A stretch of DNA of 64,000 nucleotides from Malacoraja senta (taxonomy: Eukaryota), in NCBI GenBank assembly GCA_038087875.1, contig CM075984.1:14074001-14138000 (forward strand). Direction: 5' to 3'. A program made the position numbers and the translations under genes. Positions 1 through 12,631 of this stretch are shown here, piece after piece; position 1 is the stretch's first letter, and each line of letters starts with the position of its first letter. Below the pieces are notes generated by a model. The model saw nothing but the letters and a program-made list of their open reading frames with translations, had not been told where the DNA came from and ran no database searches.

Positions 1-3000
1 AGTGAACTGTTTTTCTGGACATTGGGCAGCTTTATAGGTGTAGAACCAAGCACCAGCTTAAGCAGAGATAGAAGATAGAAAGGCAGCATTAGGACAGCTT
101 TGATAGCCTGAGTGGGCTGACACTGCAAGTCAAGATGTCCTCTGGAGATGAACAGTACTGCTTACAAAATGAGGAAAGTCTTCACACCTTGAGACTTCAA
201 AGTTTGAAAAAAATCTTTCAATAATTTATTAATTCGGAAACAATTTTGCAAAAGTAGCTGTAATAAAACATTCAATAAGGCCGTGGGGACATTTAAGGAA
301 TATTGTGGCTGTGTGATTTATCTTTTTGTTTCCTCTCCATTCAAAACTTATGGAGGTGGAACAAAGGAAAGAAAAGTCAAATTACTCATTTCCCCCTTGC
401 AGTTTTGTCTGTACCCTCATGCTATATATAATCCCTTAGCTGAAAAAGAGCAGCATACTAGAATGGCTGTAAGGTGTAAAGATAATAGGGTAACGTTCTT
501 AGTTTGCAAGCTTATGGACCTCCCTGCTGCTCTTCTCCTTTGCAATTCATTACAACCTCCCTAAAATGCATCACAGTTTGGATTTCTGCCCACAACCTGG
601 TCTTCATCCCCTTTTTCTCCCACACAATATGATTTATTTCTGAAGTTCAACTCATAAATGTAGATGTAATCATAGATTTTTTTTTTCTCATTTCAATAAA
701 TGAAAAACAGCTAAATGTTCATGCAAATACTATACAAGAGCCTAATCTCAGAAACAGATTACGTTATAAGAGCCCCTCTAACTGATTGGAGAAAATCTGT
801 CTTTGGTCTCATAATTCAGGTTTTCATTATGTGTGTAGAAATGATCAAAACCTTGCTGTGAATCATTTATGTCATTGGGTGATTCATAGTGTTGTGCACT
901 TGGAAACCATTACTCTAACAACTAAGTTTAAAACTAGGTCAGTGCAGTTTCTGTTTTGTAGTTAGTAATTTTCAAGATTGGAAGTAGAGCTATGTTCATT
1001 ATTTTTGCAGACAAAAGAGTGTATGTGAAATGTCAGTTAATTCGGTTCAGTACTTGCAAAACATAAAACCACATAACTTTTTCCCTGCAAATTATGTTGA
1101 ACTTTGACACTTTGCAATGATTGAGTTAGAAATGAACAAAATGTTTTGTGTGCATTTGGTAAGACTCCACACATCATTTGGGCAAGGAGACAAATACTGG
1201 CTGTAAAATCAGATGGCTGCCTATCCCTTTCAGAGATTTCTATCCAGAACTACATGATCTTCACTTACTGTTCCAGTAAAACCTCCAACCTCTCTGCCCT
1301 CTGCTGCATTGTCTCCCTCTTTCGCTATCAGCAGTGTCGTAGGTCGGTCAGCTTTGTGGGTGAGAAAAAAAGCCTATTCATTAGTTCGACAGCTTGATTT
1401 TGCATATGTTCCCATGGTTCTGTCTTATTAACTGTTTCAAAATCCCTCAGTACACTCAGGATGTTATTTTAATGTTATTGTCACAATCTTCAACAGCATA
1501 GGCCTGATTCATTTAAAATACCAGGCCCTTTTAGCCACAAATAGAAGGCAAACATTGAAGTACTTGCATTCCTGATAATTGCATTAAACGGCAAGCTTTT
1601 TTAAGGAAGCAAGTTATTGGATCCCACTCCTAATCTATTAATTAAGCTGAAGGGGAGTCCCAATATGAAATGATGCCTACCCATTCCCTCCAGAGATGCT
1701 GCCTGACCTACTTCAGCACCTATGTCAGGTTCCATCAGCTGTAATTCCTTGTGCTCTACAAACTAATGCATTGTTAATTGTAATTCTAAACTTTTATCAA
1801 TTTAAATATGATTTTAAGAGTGAACTGGGAGAGTGCCAGCTTCCATGTCCATCTGATTTTCTGATGTGCTGCCTGGAAGCTGACGATACATTGGGACTGA
1901 GCACACGACATGAATGCTGGGACCAATTTTTTAGAATCTGTGTGCGTGTGTTTTGACTCAAGCCGTCGGGGAGGGTAATTATCCAATCAAGAATTTGATG
2001 AAAATTCATCCTGAATAGTGAGTGATCTGTCAAATACACTGAATCAAGGAATCAAACTCTTCCTTAAAAAAAATGTGTTACTGAAGATAAAAAACATTTG
2101 TCAAAAAACACCCTGAATTGGAAAGTAGCAGTAAAGGTGAAACAATGTAAATGTACAGTGACCAAGTAATTAGGTCGTTATTTTGACATTTTGTGTACTT
2201 GAGTTCTGCTCCAATGTGGGCGTTAAGCAAATCCTTAAAATCTGCAAAGCTTCTATTGGTAACTGCCAAATATCAATGGTGTCCTTGCCTGGATATTGGC
2301 AGATAATAGCAGGCTTTCATTATCTGTTTAGATTGATTTTAAGATAGAAAAAATGTATCTGTTTTCACATCACCAAGAAAGACAAAATCCTAATTGCTTG
2401 TATTATTCCCCATTTAGTACGCATCAAAACCATTTTATTCCACCACCAAGAAACACCATTCTTTAAATATCAGCTTATTGTCATTTATTTCTTGGTGTAT
2501 TTTTTCAGCATCTCATTAATCCAACATACCTTTTCTCAGCTGCTAGGAAACTCCTGCTGCCTGGTAGATCTGTGCTTAGCATGTCCTTTTAGTCTAAAGC
2601 AGATGGTTCTTATGGGTTGCGTGTGCTACATTTATGCTTCCTGTAAGCCTTCTCATATACCCTCTCATCTGTCCTTGCTTGAATGTATCAGTGTTGTCTT
2701 AATGACACAGAATACCTTACTCAACACTGAAAATTGTTTGAATGCAGATTAGGATTTGTCCTCTATTTTGGATGAATCTTGTGATTTACTTAAATTCCAT
2801 TGTGTATTTTTTCAAAAAAATATCCCTAGTTTTCAAATATTCCAATCATATTAACAGAGTGCGTCAACACTCTGCTATGTTAATATTTTCAGTTACTTCA
2901 ACCATTTCCTTTTACTGTCTACGGAGCTCCCTAAAATTATCTTATGTTTAATAGTTCTATCTATTCTAGTGTTACAGGCAAGGGTTTTCTCTCCTAAAGA

Positions 3001-3689
3001 TCATAAGACAGTGAATCTACGCATCTCTTCACAAACCCGAATATGCCGCCTCTGGTTGAAAAGAACTGGAGATGACAGCAATGGGGCAATCTTTATAGAC
3101 ACAGTAAGTGAAGATCACACAGATCTGACCTGAAACCTCTTAAAGGAACAGGTTTATCTGATTTTTCCCAGTTACGTATCTCACTTCACCTATGGTAGAT
3201 GGAGTCTAAACTTTCAGAAAATTGTTATTGCACTGAAAGGTGAGTAATCCACCTTCAACATGGAAGTTGATTACAACCTTGCGTGGTGATGAAATGCTGA
3301 ATATGATCAGCTCCGAATGTCCAGCCAAGACATTGCATTAAATTGTTTCTGACCTCCTGCCTCCCCAATGCCCAGTCAAATGATGTTAGCTCTAGGTGTT
3401 GTTAATTTTGGTCATTTATTAATAAAGAAGTTATCAGAGATATGTGGAAAATAGCGGTCTTGATGGAATTTGAGTAATGTTGATTCTAATGCCTTACTCT
3501 TCTGTATTATGTTTGGAGACTGTTGTAAAGATCGTTCTCTCCTGCAGTGTGTTTGGGACAGTTCAAAGTGTTACAACAACGCAGGGTCACCTGGGAGTCA
3601 ACACCACACCGGCAGCTTTTGGAGGTACATAATTTCTTTCGCTTGGACAATATTTTAATTTGACAAACTTTAGAATAAGAACCAGCACA

Positions 3690-3935
3690 ATATTGCAGGC
3701 GATAGTGCTGTAATCTCACACTCCAGTGACCAAGGTTCAACCCTAACCTACAGGTGGTGTATGTGAGGAGTTTACACATTCTTCCTGTGACAACATGAGT
3801 TTCCTCCAGGTGTTCTGCTTTCTTCTTGCATCTCACAAACTTGCAGATTGGTCAATCAATTGGCCATTGTGTAGGTAGTTGATAAAATTGATGAGATTTG
3901 GGTGAAAACTGGTTGTAAGGAAAATTATTAGGGAG
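3690..3935 (+). mobile_element. Degenerate HE1-like V-SINE (others at ~8860-9165, ~27015-27245, ~31770-32010)
   Basis: V-domain similarity (gtttacacattcttcctgtgacaacatgagtttcctccagg). Confidence 0.65.
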
Positions 3936-4469
3936 TGGGATTAGGGTCATAAGGTTGTACAATGCAGAAATAGGCCCTTCAGCCCAACTCATCCTTGCCA
4001 AGTTCCCCTTCGGGTTATTCTGAATTGGCGTGATTCGATGGGTTGACCAACCTTCTTGGGGGGGTGGAATGGAAATATGTTTTTTTGCCGTTAAGCACAA
4101 GAGACTAAGTTGAGACTAATGATTGAGTTGAGTTTAATGATAGTGCTGAGACTAATGATTTTGAAAGCTTACTTTGAGCGAAGAAGCCACTGGATTTTGC
4201 CTCTCATTCTTCCCTCCCTTTTGGTATATCTCACCATAACTTTTAGTGATCAATGAGTGGTTTTATACCACATGATGTCACCAAATGAAACCAAATATTA
4301 CTGTGCTCTTTCCAGTATAACCTTTACTTTCACCCTGATGGTTTTTGTGTTATAATACAACCTAAACTGGGGCCATTCAAATCAAAGATGTTTGCCTCAG
4401 CACATTGAATTTCCATTCTGACAGTAAACTATTTTTCACTTCATTGCTGCTTGCGATTGTATAAAGGCA

Positions 4470-6660
4470 TGAAGTAGGCACAGGAGCAGCCAGCCCACTT
4501 GGCCCCTCGAACCTGCTGCTCCATTCATTACGATCATGGCTGAACTGATTGCAGTCTCAAATCCACAATCCTGCCAGCTCCAGAAACATTTCTCATCCTC
4601 CTTATCAATAATTTATCTACCCCTGCTTTAAAAAATATTCACACTCTGCATCCACTGCCTTTTGAGCACCACACATTTCTTCACCATGTGAGATAAAAGT
4701 GTTCATATTTCCATCTTAAATGGATGAATCCTTATTTTTAAATTGTGACCCCACCTGCTTTCAGATTTCTTCAAAAGGAATCATCCTCTCCACATCCACC
4801 CTGTCAATTCCCTTCAGGACTTAGTATTTTGTTCTAGTCATCTCTTGCCCTTCTAAACTCCAGCTAATTCAAGCCTATTCTATACAACCTTTTCTCATAC
4901 CCAAGTGTTAGTCTAACAAACGTTCTTTCAACAGCTTCCAGTATGATTCACAGTCGTACAGCATGGAAACAGGCCCTTCAGCCCAACTTGGTCCTGTCAA
5001 CCAAGATGCTGAATCTACACTAGTGCCACCGGCCTGTGTTTGGCCCATGTCCCTCTAAACCCTTCGTATCCACGTACATGTCCAAAGGCCTTTTATATGT
5101 TGTTATATGAATCCTTAAATAAATAAGGAGACCAATATAGTACATAGTTCTCCAAATATGGTTGCACCATTGCCCCATATAATTGAAGTCCACTTTCTCA
5201 AAAGTTTTGTATTCAGTGGTCCTTGTAACAATTGTTAACATTTTGTTAGCTTTCCTAATTGTACTTGAGCCCTAATACTTTGTGATTCACTTAAACTTTC
5301 CATAACCCCTGTAGCCTCCTTGTTCACAATGCACTTGTCAGAATAACTGTTATCAGCAAATTTAGTGCCTTTGTTTAAGTCATTTGTATAAATTGTCAGA
5401 AGTCGAGGTCACAGTACTGGTCCCAGTGGCACACTACTGCATGCATCTCGCCAACGAGTAAAGATCCATTTATGCCTGCTGTTTTTTTCTTGTTAGTGAG
5501 CTAATCTTCTGTCTATGCTGATAAGTTATCTCCTTCACCGTGAACTTTTTTTTGCTGTAGCATTTGATGCCATATCTTATCAAGTACTTTCTGTAAACAC
5601 TTGTACATGCATTAGCTCCTCTTTATTCACAGCCCATTCTCAGAGCTCCAGTAAATTGCTCAAACTTGAATTTTCCTTTCATTAAACTAATTTGGCATTG
5701 CAAGATTGGAGAATGTCAAATGTCATTCCTTTATTCAGGAAGGAAGAAAGGCAGAATTCAGGAAACTACAGGCTGGGAGTAGGTAAAATGCTAGAAGTTA
5801 ATATATCCAATAATGTATATATTAACTTCTAGCATTTTACCTACTCCCAGCCTGTAGTTTCCTGAATTCTGCCTTTCTTCCTTCCTGAATAAAGGAATGA
5901 CATTTGACATTCTCCAATCTTCTGGAACCTTCACTGAATCTCAGAGATTCTTGTAAATGAAAATCAACACTCTCGCCAACCACTTTCATCTGAAGCCAGA
6001 GATTTTCTCAGCTTCCAGCTCTAAGAGTTTGCTCATTAACACTTCCCTCATGATTGTAACTTTCCTGAATTTTTCCTTCCCTTCCAGTTCTATGCTCTAT
6101 AGTGAAGAGCAATGTAAAATACTTGTTGCCATTTTTCCATGTTCCATTGTTAATTCCTTAGACTCTTTAATTTATTTATTTCTGATTAAAATATCTATAG
6201 AAATTCTTGCTGTTTTTCTAGTTTTATTGTTTTCTAATTCATTCATTACGTTGTAATATTCAATCAAGCCTTCTGACATTTCACCTTGTGTAATTGTATG
6301 CCCTTTCGTTAATTTATAATATTATCTTTAACATTTCCGTCAGCCACAGATATTAGGCCTTTTTCTTTGGAATGCATTTAGTATATTTGAAAGATTCACT
6401 TAAAGGTAAATTCTTAACCTAATTTGCTGGTTCACTCCGTTTCCATGCCCTCGTATCTACCGTTAGTTTAAGCCTAAAATACTTGTCTTGGGCCCATTCT
6501 TCTCCCCCTTAAACAATATAAAATTCAATCATGTTATAATCACTATAACTTTTTTAATATCTGATTGTACAATGCCAGGACCATTGTCATCTGCCCTGTG
6601 GTTGGCATCAGAACATACCATTCTACAATAAAAACTATCCTGAAAACACTCCAAGAATTC
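4470..6660 (-). mobile_element. Old, heavily diverged CR1 LINE, interrupted by a younger LINE/SINE tail (~4950-5100) and a fold-back inversion
   Basis: Residual similarity to the CR1 3' end (ggcccctcgaacctgct...gatcatggctga) and RT region (tcagcaaattt, cccagtggcacactact). Confidence 0.65.
5702..5921. repeat. Perfect inverted repeat, 105-bp arms, 10-nt spacer
   Basis: 5702-5806 is the exact reverse complement of 5817-5921 (checked base by base). Confidence 0.97.
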
Positions 6661-7580
6661 TGTAATAAAAAGGAACAGCAGATGCAGATTCATACCAAAG
6701 ATGGACACAAAATGCTGGAGTAACTCAGTAGGTCGGGCAGCATCTCTGGAGAAAGTGATAACTGATGTTTTAGGTCGGGACTCTTCTTCAGATCTGAAGA
6801 ACGGTCTTGAGCCAAAGATCACCTATCCATGTTCTCTAGAGATGCTGTCTGACACGCTAGGTTACTCCAGCACTTTGTGTCTATCCATGAATTCTAGGTT
6901 TTTGGATTTTATATGGAATAAAACAGTTTTTCAAGTTTGCATACACATCACTATCGCATGGATAAACATTGTTCTACTAACATGGATACCATTCATTGCA
7001 TAATTTAGAAAAAAATGGTGCCTGATAATAAATTACAACAAATTAATCAGATGCAAATGATTTTGTTGTAATTTATTATCAAACATCCTTAAATTATGCT
7101 TTATAATGCTAACCACAATCACTCCAGGATTTCATCATGTGATCTGGGCTGACCTTCAAATGCAGTCATTTCATGTTATAAAGCCGTACACTACCCCAAA
7201 ATGCTTCTTTATGGAAATAGTATATGTACAATTTGGTGGCAAGTTTATCTATTCAAAATGATTGTGTTTGTGAAAATTGTAGAGCCACAGGCTTTTAGAT
7301 TTTTACAGATTACTCCCAATAGTTTAGGTAAACAGAATTGTATTGTGCCCACTAGATAACATCCACACACTTGGTCTTATTACTTTATATGATTTTTTAG
7401 TGATATGCGATTTCAAGTAGATGGAGCAGTGCAGTTGCATGATGTCACTGGCTAAATAGAAAGTGCTCTTGATTCATGGCAAAATGAGCATTTGTCCTTG
7501 ATGCTGTTTGTGATCCGACATTTCAAATCATTCATTTGCTTCTAAACTTAATTGAGCCTTTCCACCTTGCGCTTTTTCAG

Positions 7581-7664
7581 CAGCAACCAATCCTTTTGTA
7601 ATTGCTCCTGTTTTGCCACCACCTGCTGCCACAAACCCGTTCCAGACCAATGGGAGAACTGCAG
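7581..7664 (+). CDS. AGFG1: AGFG1 (HRB/RIP) internal coding exon, (A)ATNPFVIAPVLPPPAATNPFQTNGRTA
   Basis: Acceptor ttttcag|, donor G|gtatgg, 84 nt, phase 1-1. Two NPF motifs; matches recalled human AGFG1 'STNPFV...STNPFQTNARGA'. Confidence 0.9.
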
Positions 7665-9597
7665 GTATGGATAATGAGCCTTTGTGGAGATGACAGAAAC
7701 CATTAGTGTCCATGGTGTGAACATGTGTAAACTGAAGTCTTTGCACTACTTTGGACAAAGAATTTAGTGCAAATAGGTCTAGGTAAAGGTCCCACTGTTT
7801 CATCATTTCTTAAGTGGACTTAATAGTCTTGAAATCTGAGTTGCAACAAACATCAGCAACAGTCTTATTTGTAACTATCACTCATGGCGCAAGCAATATT
7901 TCTGTCTCAGAACCAGCAACCTGTACTACTACAGAGTGTCATGAGGCAACAGATCCTGTGAATTTATCTTATTTTTACTGTATTTCATGAACGGCCTTGA
8001 CCTTATTTTTTGGAAGTTGAAATGTGTTTTCAACTGAAGCTAGTGAAAGTGATTTGCAAGCAATCGATTGAAAAAGATTCCTTGTAATTTGTTTGAAGCT
8101 ATCCCAAGTTACAAAATCTGTGGCCCAAATTTAGAACAAAAGGTGCAGTGGTATTTAGATTAATTATCGGATAAATGTATGGAGGTCCCAGGATGAGAAT
8201 GGAGACAGATAATTTAGGTGGGAAAGAAAGAGAATTGGATTGGGAGGAGCAATTGAAAATTGTTTTTCACAAGCAACATACCTGGTGGTCTCTGTGAACA
8301 TTGTTTCTTTGATTTTGTTTTTGTTTTGTTTTCTGAGCTTTGTGAGCAGTATGTGTGTATGGGAAAGCTGAAAGTATAACTTTTTTAATTGCCTAACTTT
8401 GTTGAGCTTGTCCATCGCTTTTATAAAGGGGCTCTGTAGCTGTTGGGTGCAACAGGGTTTAGATTCAATTACGATGAAAAAATGGTGAATTGCTCCCAAG
8501 TGAGTATATATACACGTGTGATACTGGTGTTTGAAGAGGAACCTGCAGGGGGTGATGTTCCCAAGTGTCTGCTTTTCTTAAAGATTGTGAAGCTGGTTCT
8601 GGTAATATTAAAAAGCGAAGATATAAATAGAGTGGTAAATTTCCAGATGTTGGCAAAGGAGATAGATTCAAATCTGCATAGGCAAGACATATTGTAGAGA
8701 TTTGCAATATGCTAAACATTGTGGTAATTAAGAATTGAACAGATATTAGAGTGGCTGGACAACTACTGTTAGCTTAGTCAGATAGCCAGATAGGTTGTAA
8801 TTTTCACTAATACAGAATTTCAGTATTCCAGTACTTACGTCATTCAGCCAGAGCATCTAAAAATGTATCCTGACCTTATATTCTATCCATATGGAGTTTG
8901 CATGTTTTCCTTGTGGCCACAGGGCTTTATCCGAGTTCATCAGTTGACCACTTCCTCCCGTCCCCTTCCACTGCATTCTAAAGATTAATTGACAGCTGCA
9001 TATTGCCCCTAGTGCGTAGGTGAGTGATAGAATCTGGGTGGAAATTATAACAATGTGAAGAGAATAAAGTTGGATTAGATTAATGTAGGATTAGCGTAAA
9101 AGGGTGATTGATGGTCGGCGTGGACTCGATGGGCCAAAAGGGCTTGTTTCCGTGCTGTATCACTTTTTTAAAGTGATCTTAAAGATTTGTACACATTTCC
9201 AGTCAGATACGTTGGGTGTTGATGAGCAATGGTAACTTTGGCTGGATTTTTGCTTCTCTGGTCCAGACCAGCCATTGTGGAGGGTACAACCAAATTAGAT
9301 CTTGGATAGTTAAATCAAGACAGGAACATTGAATGGCTCTAATATGCTAGCATTTCCACCTTCCTTGTTACTGAAAATGTATTTGAAAGCTTGCAATAAT
9401 AATTGATTCAAGGTCACTTCAAGACTCTCAGCAATCAAATGTTTAATTCTCATGCACTGCCGCAGAAGAATCATTGCATGTGACTTTGCTGTATCTCTTC
9501 ACAACATTATGCTTGCCACTGCTTTTTAATCCCTTAAATCTTTTGTACATGAAGAACATCTGCAAGATCAAAAAAATTATTTAAATTGCAGTTCGTC

Positions 9598-11505
9598 AAT
9601 GCCAGCAATAAAACCGAAAGATTCAACACATCTTTTAAAATTCCCTTTTAAAATAGCTACAGAAAAATTTAAATACTTGGGAATCGAAATTACTAGAACA
9701 TATCAAGGTATGTTTAAGGCAAATTTTGATCCCCTACTTAATAAATTAAACACACTAATTAAATTCTGGAAAACGCTCCCGATGTCTTTAATAGGCCGAA
9801 TAAATGCAATAAAAATGATCTTTCTACCACAAATTTTATACCTATTTCAATCGATTCCTATATACTTACCAAAGAAGTTTTTTTTAAAAACTGCTCAGAT
9901 ATCACTAATTTTATATGGGACTATAAATCACATAGAATACAAAAAACTCACTTGAATAAACCTAAAGTATTAGGGGGTTTAGCACTACCTAATTTTATGT
10001 ATTATTATTGGTCAGTAAATATTAAAAATATGATTCAACTGATGGATAACTCCGCCCAGCAAGTGGACTGGATTGTAATGGAGAAAGAGGATTGCTCCTC
10101 TGGAAACATTGGAGCGATCCTCCTCTCACCAATGAAACTGAATAATATAAATTATAATAAGAACCCAATTATTCATAGCACAATCCGAATTTGGAATTTA
10201 TCACTTTTATCACCCATAGTTAATAACCCTTCGTTTAATCCCTCTATTATAGATAAAGCTTTTACACATTGGGATAGACGGAATTAAAACGTTCGGTGAC
10301 TTGTATGAAACTGGAAAATTACTTTCATTTCAACAATTACAAATAAAATATAAACTCGGAAATAATCAATATTTTAAATATTTTCAAATATGCGACTATT
10401 TGAAAAAATATACAAAAGATCATTATAATAACCCAGCAGATGTATTGGATGAGGCAATGCAGATAAAAGCTGAATCAGCAAACTTAATATCATATTTGTA
10501 TAATATTATCTTAAATGTAGAAATACCATCTACAGAGGGTATCAGAAGAGACTGGGAACAAGAGTTAGCTATTAAAATTTCAAACGAAAGTTGGAATGAA
10601 CACTTATTAAACGTGCATAAATGTTCGATTAATGTAAGACACACTTTAATACAATTTAAAATTTTACATAGATTATATTATTCCAAAACTAAAATCCATA
10701 AAATTTTCCCAAATGTATCATCCATTTGTGATAAATGTCAATCCCAAGAAGCTACTATAGCGCACTCATTTGTTTTCTGTACAAAAGTTCAAAAATTTTG
10801 GAATTAAATTTTCGAAATCTTTACAAAATTATTTAAAATAAAACTGATACCCAAAGCAGAATGGATTATCTTCAGAATAACAGAAGATGGTCCAGAACTA
10901 AATGTGTTTCAAAAGAAACTAATAGACTATGGGTTAATAACTGGAAAAAAGCTAATCCTAAAATTTTGGAAGAAGGCTCCAATACCAACTATAAACATGT
11001 GGATTTCAAATATGTTCGAAACATTACACCTAGAAGAGATAAGACTCCTCCTGGCAGGTAAACCAGATCACTTCCACCTGACGTGGTCTGCATTTATAGA
11101 ATTATTACAAATATAGGGTGCAAAGGTACCTTAAAAAAAAATTGAGGTCAGGTAATGGGGGATGATAGTTGGAGAGTTGGTATGTCCCATTTGCGTAATG
11201 CTCATAAAAACTATTTGTTTCTCTCTTTTTCCTCTTTCTCTTTCTCCTTCTTTTCTAGGGTCTATTTCTTAACTCTTTTTCTTTTGTTTTTAATTTTGTT
11301 CTTATAGGGTCTTCGTTCTTTCTTGTTGTCACATTTTCTACACTCTCACTTTTTCCTTCACTTTCTTCTTTCTTTCAATCTCATCCTTTCCTTTTACTAG
11401 TGTAAAAAACAAACGGAGTACATTAATTGTAAGAAGATATAAGTGACGAGTACTAATGTATGTGGTTGTAATGTAATGTACTTCTAATAAATAAAAAATA
11501 AAAAC
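9598..11505 (+). mobile_element. 5'-truncated L1-clade LINE (ORF2 C-terminal half, 3' UTR, A-rich tail)
   Basis: FKYLGI, SLIGRINAIKMIFLP, GGLALPNF..YYW, CDKC...H.F..C knuckle; AATAAA/A-tail at ~11486-11505. Confidence 0.92.
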
Positions 11506-11837
11506 AATATTTTTTTTTTTAAAAACCTTTGACAGCCAGTTAAACCATGGGCTCAAGCCCTCTGCATGCTGACAAATTTGTCCAGACATTCTGAACCATT
11601 TGCAAAAACGTTAAAGCATCAATTTAAATCTAAGTTACTATTTTTTAAATGAGAAATTTAAGAAACAAGCACAAAAATAATAAACTCAATTTAAACCTCA
11701 TATGCTCCATGTTGCTGCACATCTGACCTGACACAACTTAAGCTGGCAAGTTCTCCAGCAAGGTAGTGGCGAATTGCAGGAGGTTTGCTTTCCAGCTGTG
11801 GTTTCCCAAGAGAATCCCAGCATCAATTTTTTTTGTG

Positions 11838-12163
11838 TAGAGTTACAGGGCTGAAACAGGCCCTTCGGCCCATTGAGTTCGCCCTAACCAACGATCCCCA
11901 TACACTGGTACTACCCTACACACGGGACAATTTACAATTTTTACCAAAGCTAATTAACCTACAAACCTGTACGTCTTTGGCGTGTGTGAGGAAACTGGAA
12001 CACCTGGAGAAAACCCGCGGTCACAGGGAGAACGTCCAAACTCCATACAGATAGCATCTGTAGTCATTTGTAGTCATCCGTAGGCAAGCACCCATGTCAG
12101 GATCGAAACCCGGGTCTCTGGTGCTGTAAGGCAGCAACTCCAGTGCTGCGCCACCATGCCACC
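11838..12163 (-). mobile_element. HE1-like tRNA-derived V-SINE
   Basis: A/B-box head (GGTGGCGCAGC...GGTTTCGATCC), V domain (gttctccctgtgaccgcggg) and LINE-derived tail. Confidence 0.85.
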
Positions 12164-12261
12164 TCGAATGGGAAAACCCTAGAGTGGCAACAAGTGCTGC
12201 AATCCCAAACCTGATGAAACTTGGGGTATTTGCCAACAGTTGAGTACTGAGTGTCTGGGAT

Positions 12262-12578
12262 TTGATTTAGTTTTGAGATACAATTTGGAAACAGGCCCTT
12301 CGGCCCACCGAGTCCACATCGACCATCCATCCCTCATTCACACTAGTTCTATGTTATCCAATTGCGTCCACTCCCTACACATTGGGGGCAATTTACAGAG
12401 GCCAGGTAACCTACAAATCTGCACGTCTTTGGCATATGGGGGAGGAAACTGCATCACCTGGAAGAAGCCCACACGGTACACAGTGAGAACATGCAAACTT
12501 CACACAGATACCACCTGAGGTCAGGATGAAACCCGCTGTGAAGCAGCAGCTCTAACTGCTGAGCCTCACTGCTGCCCC
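12262..12578 (-). mobile_element. HE1-like V-SINE
   Basis: Same tripartite structure as 11838-12163. Confidence 0.8.
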
Positions 12579-12631
12579 TTCTGTACAAGTTCTACCCAGT
12601 TGTGTTGAGTACTTGCTGTGAAATGTAATTG

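Noticed and set aside
1836-1884. Short hairpin CAGCTTCCA...TGGAAGCTG as a pre-miRNA
   Set aside because: Only 9 bp of clean pairing; expected by chance and no known family recognised.
11838-12578. A/B-box sequences as tRNA genes
   Set aside because: They are SINE heads followed by V domains and LINE tails; no cloverleaf.
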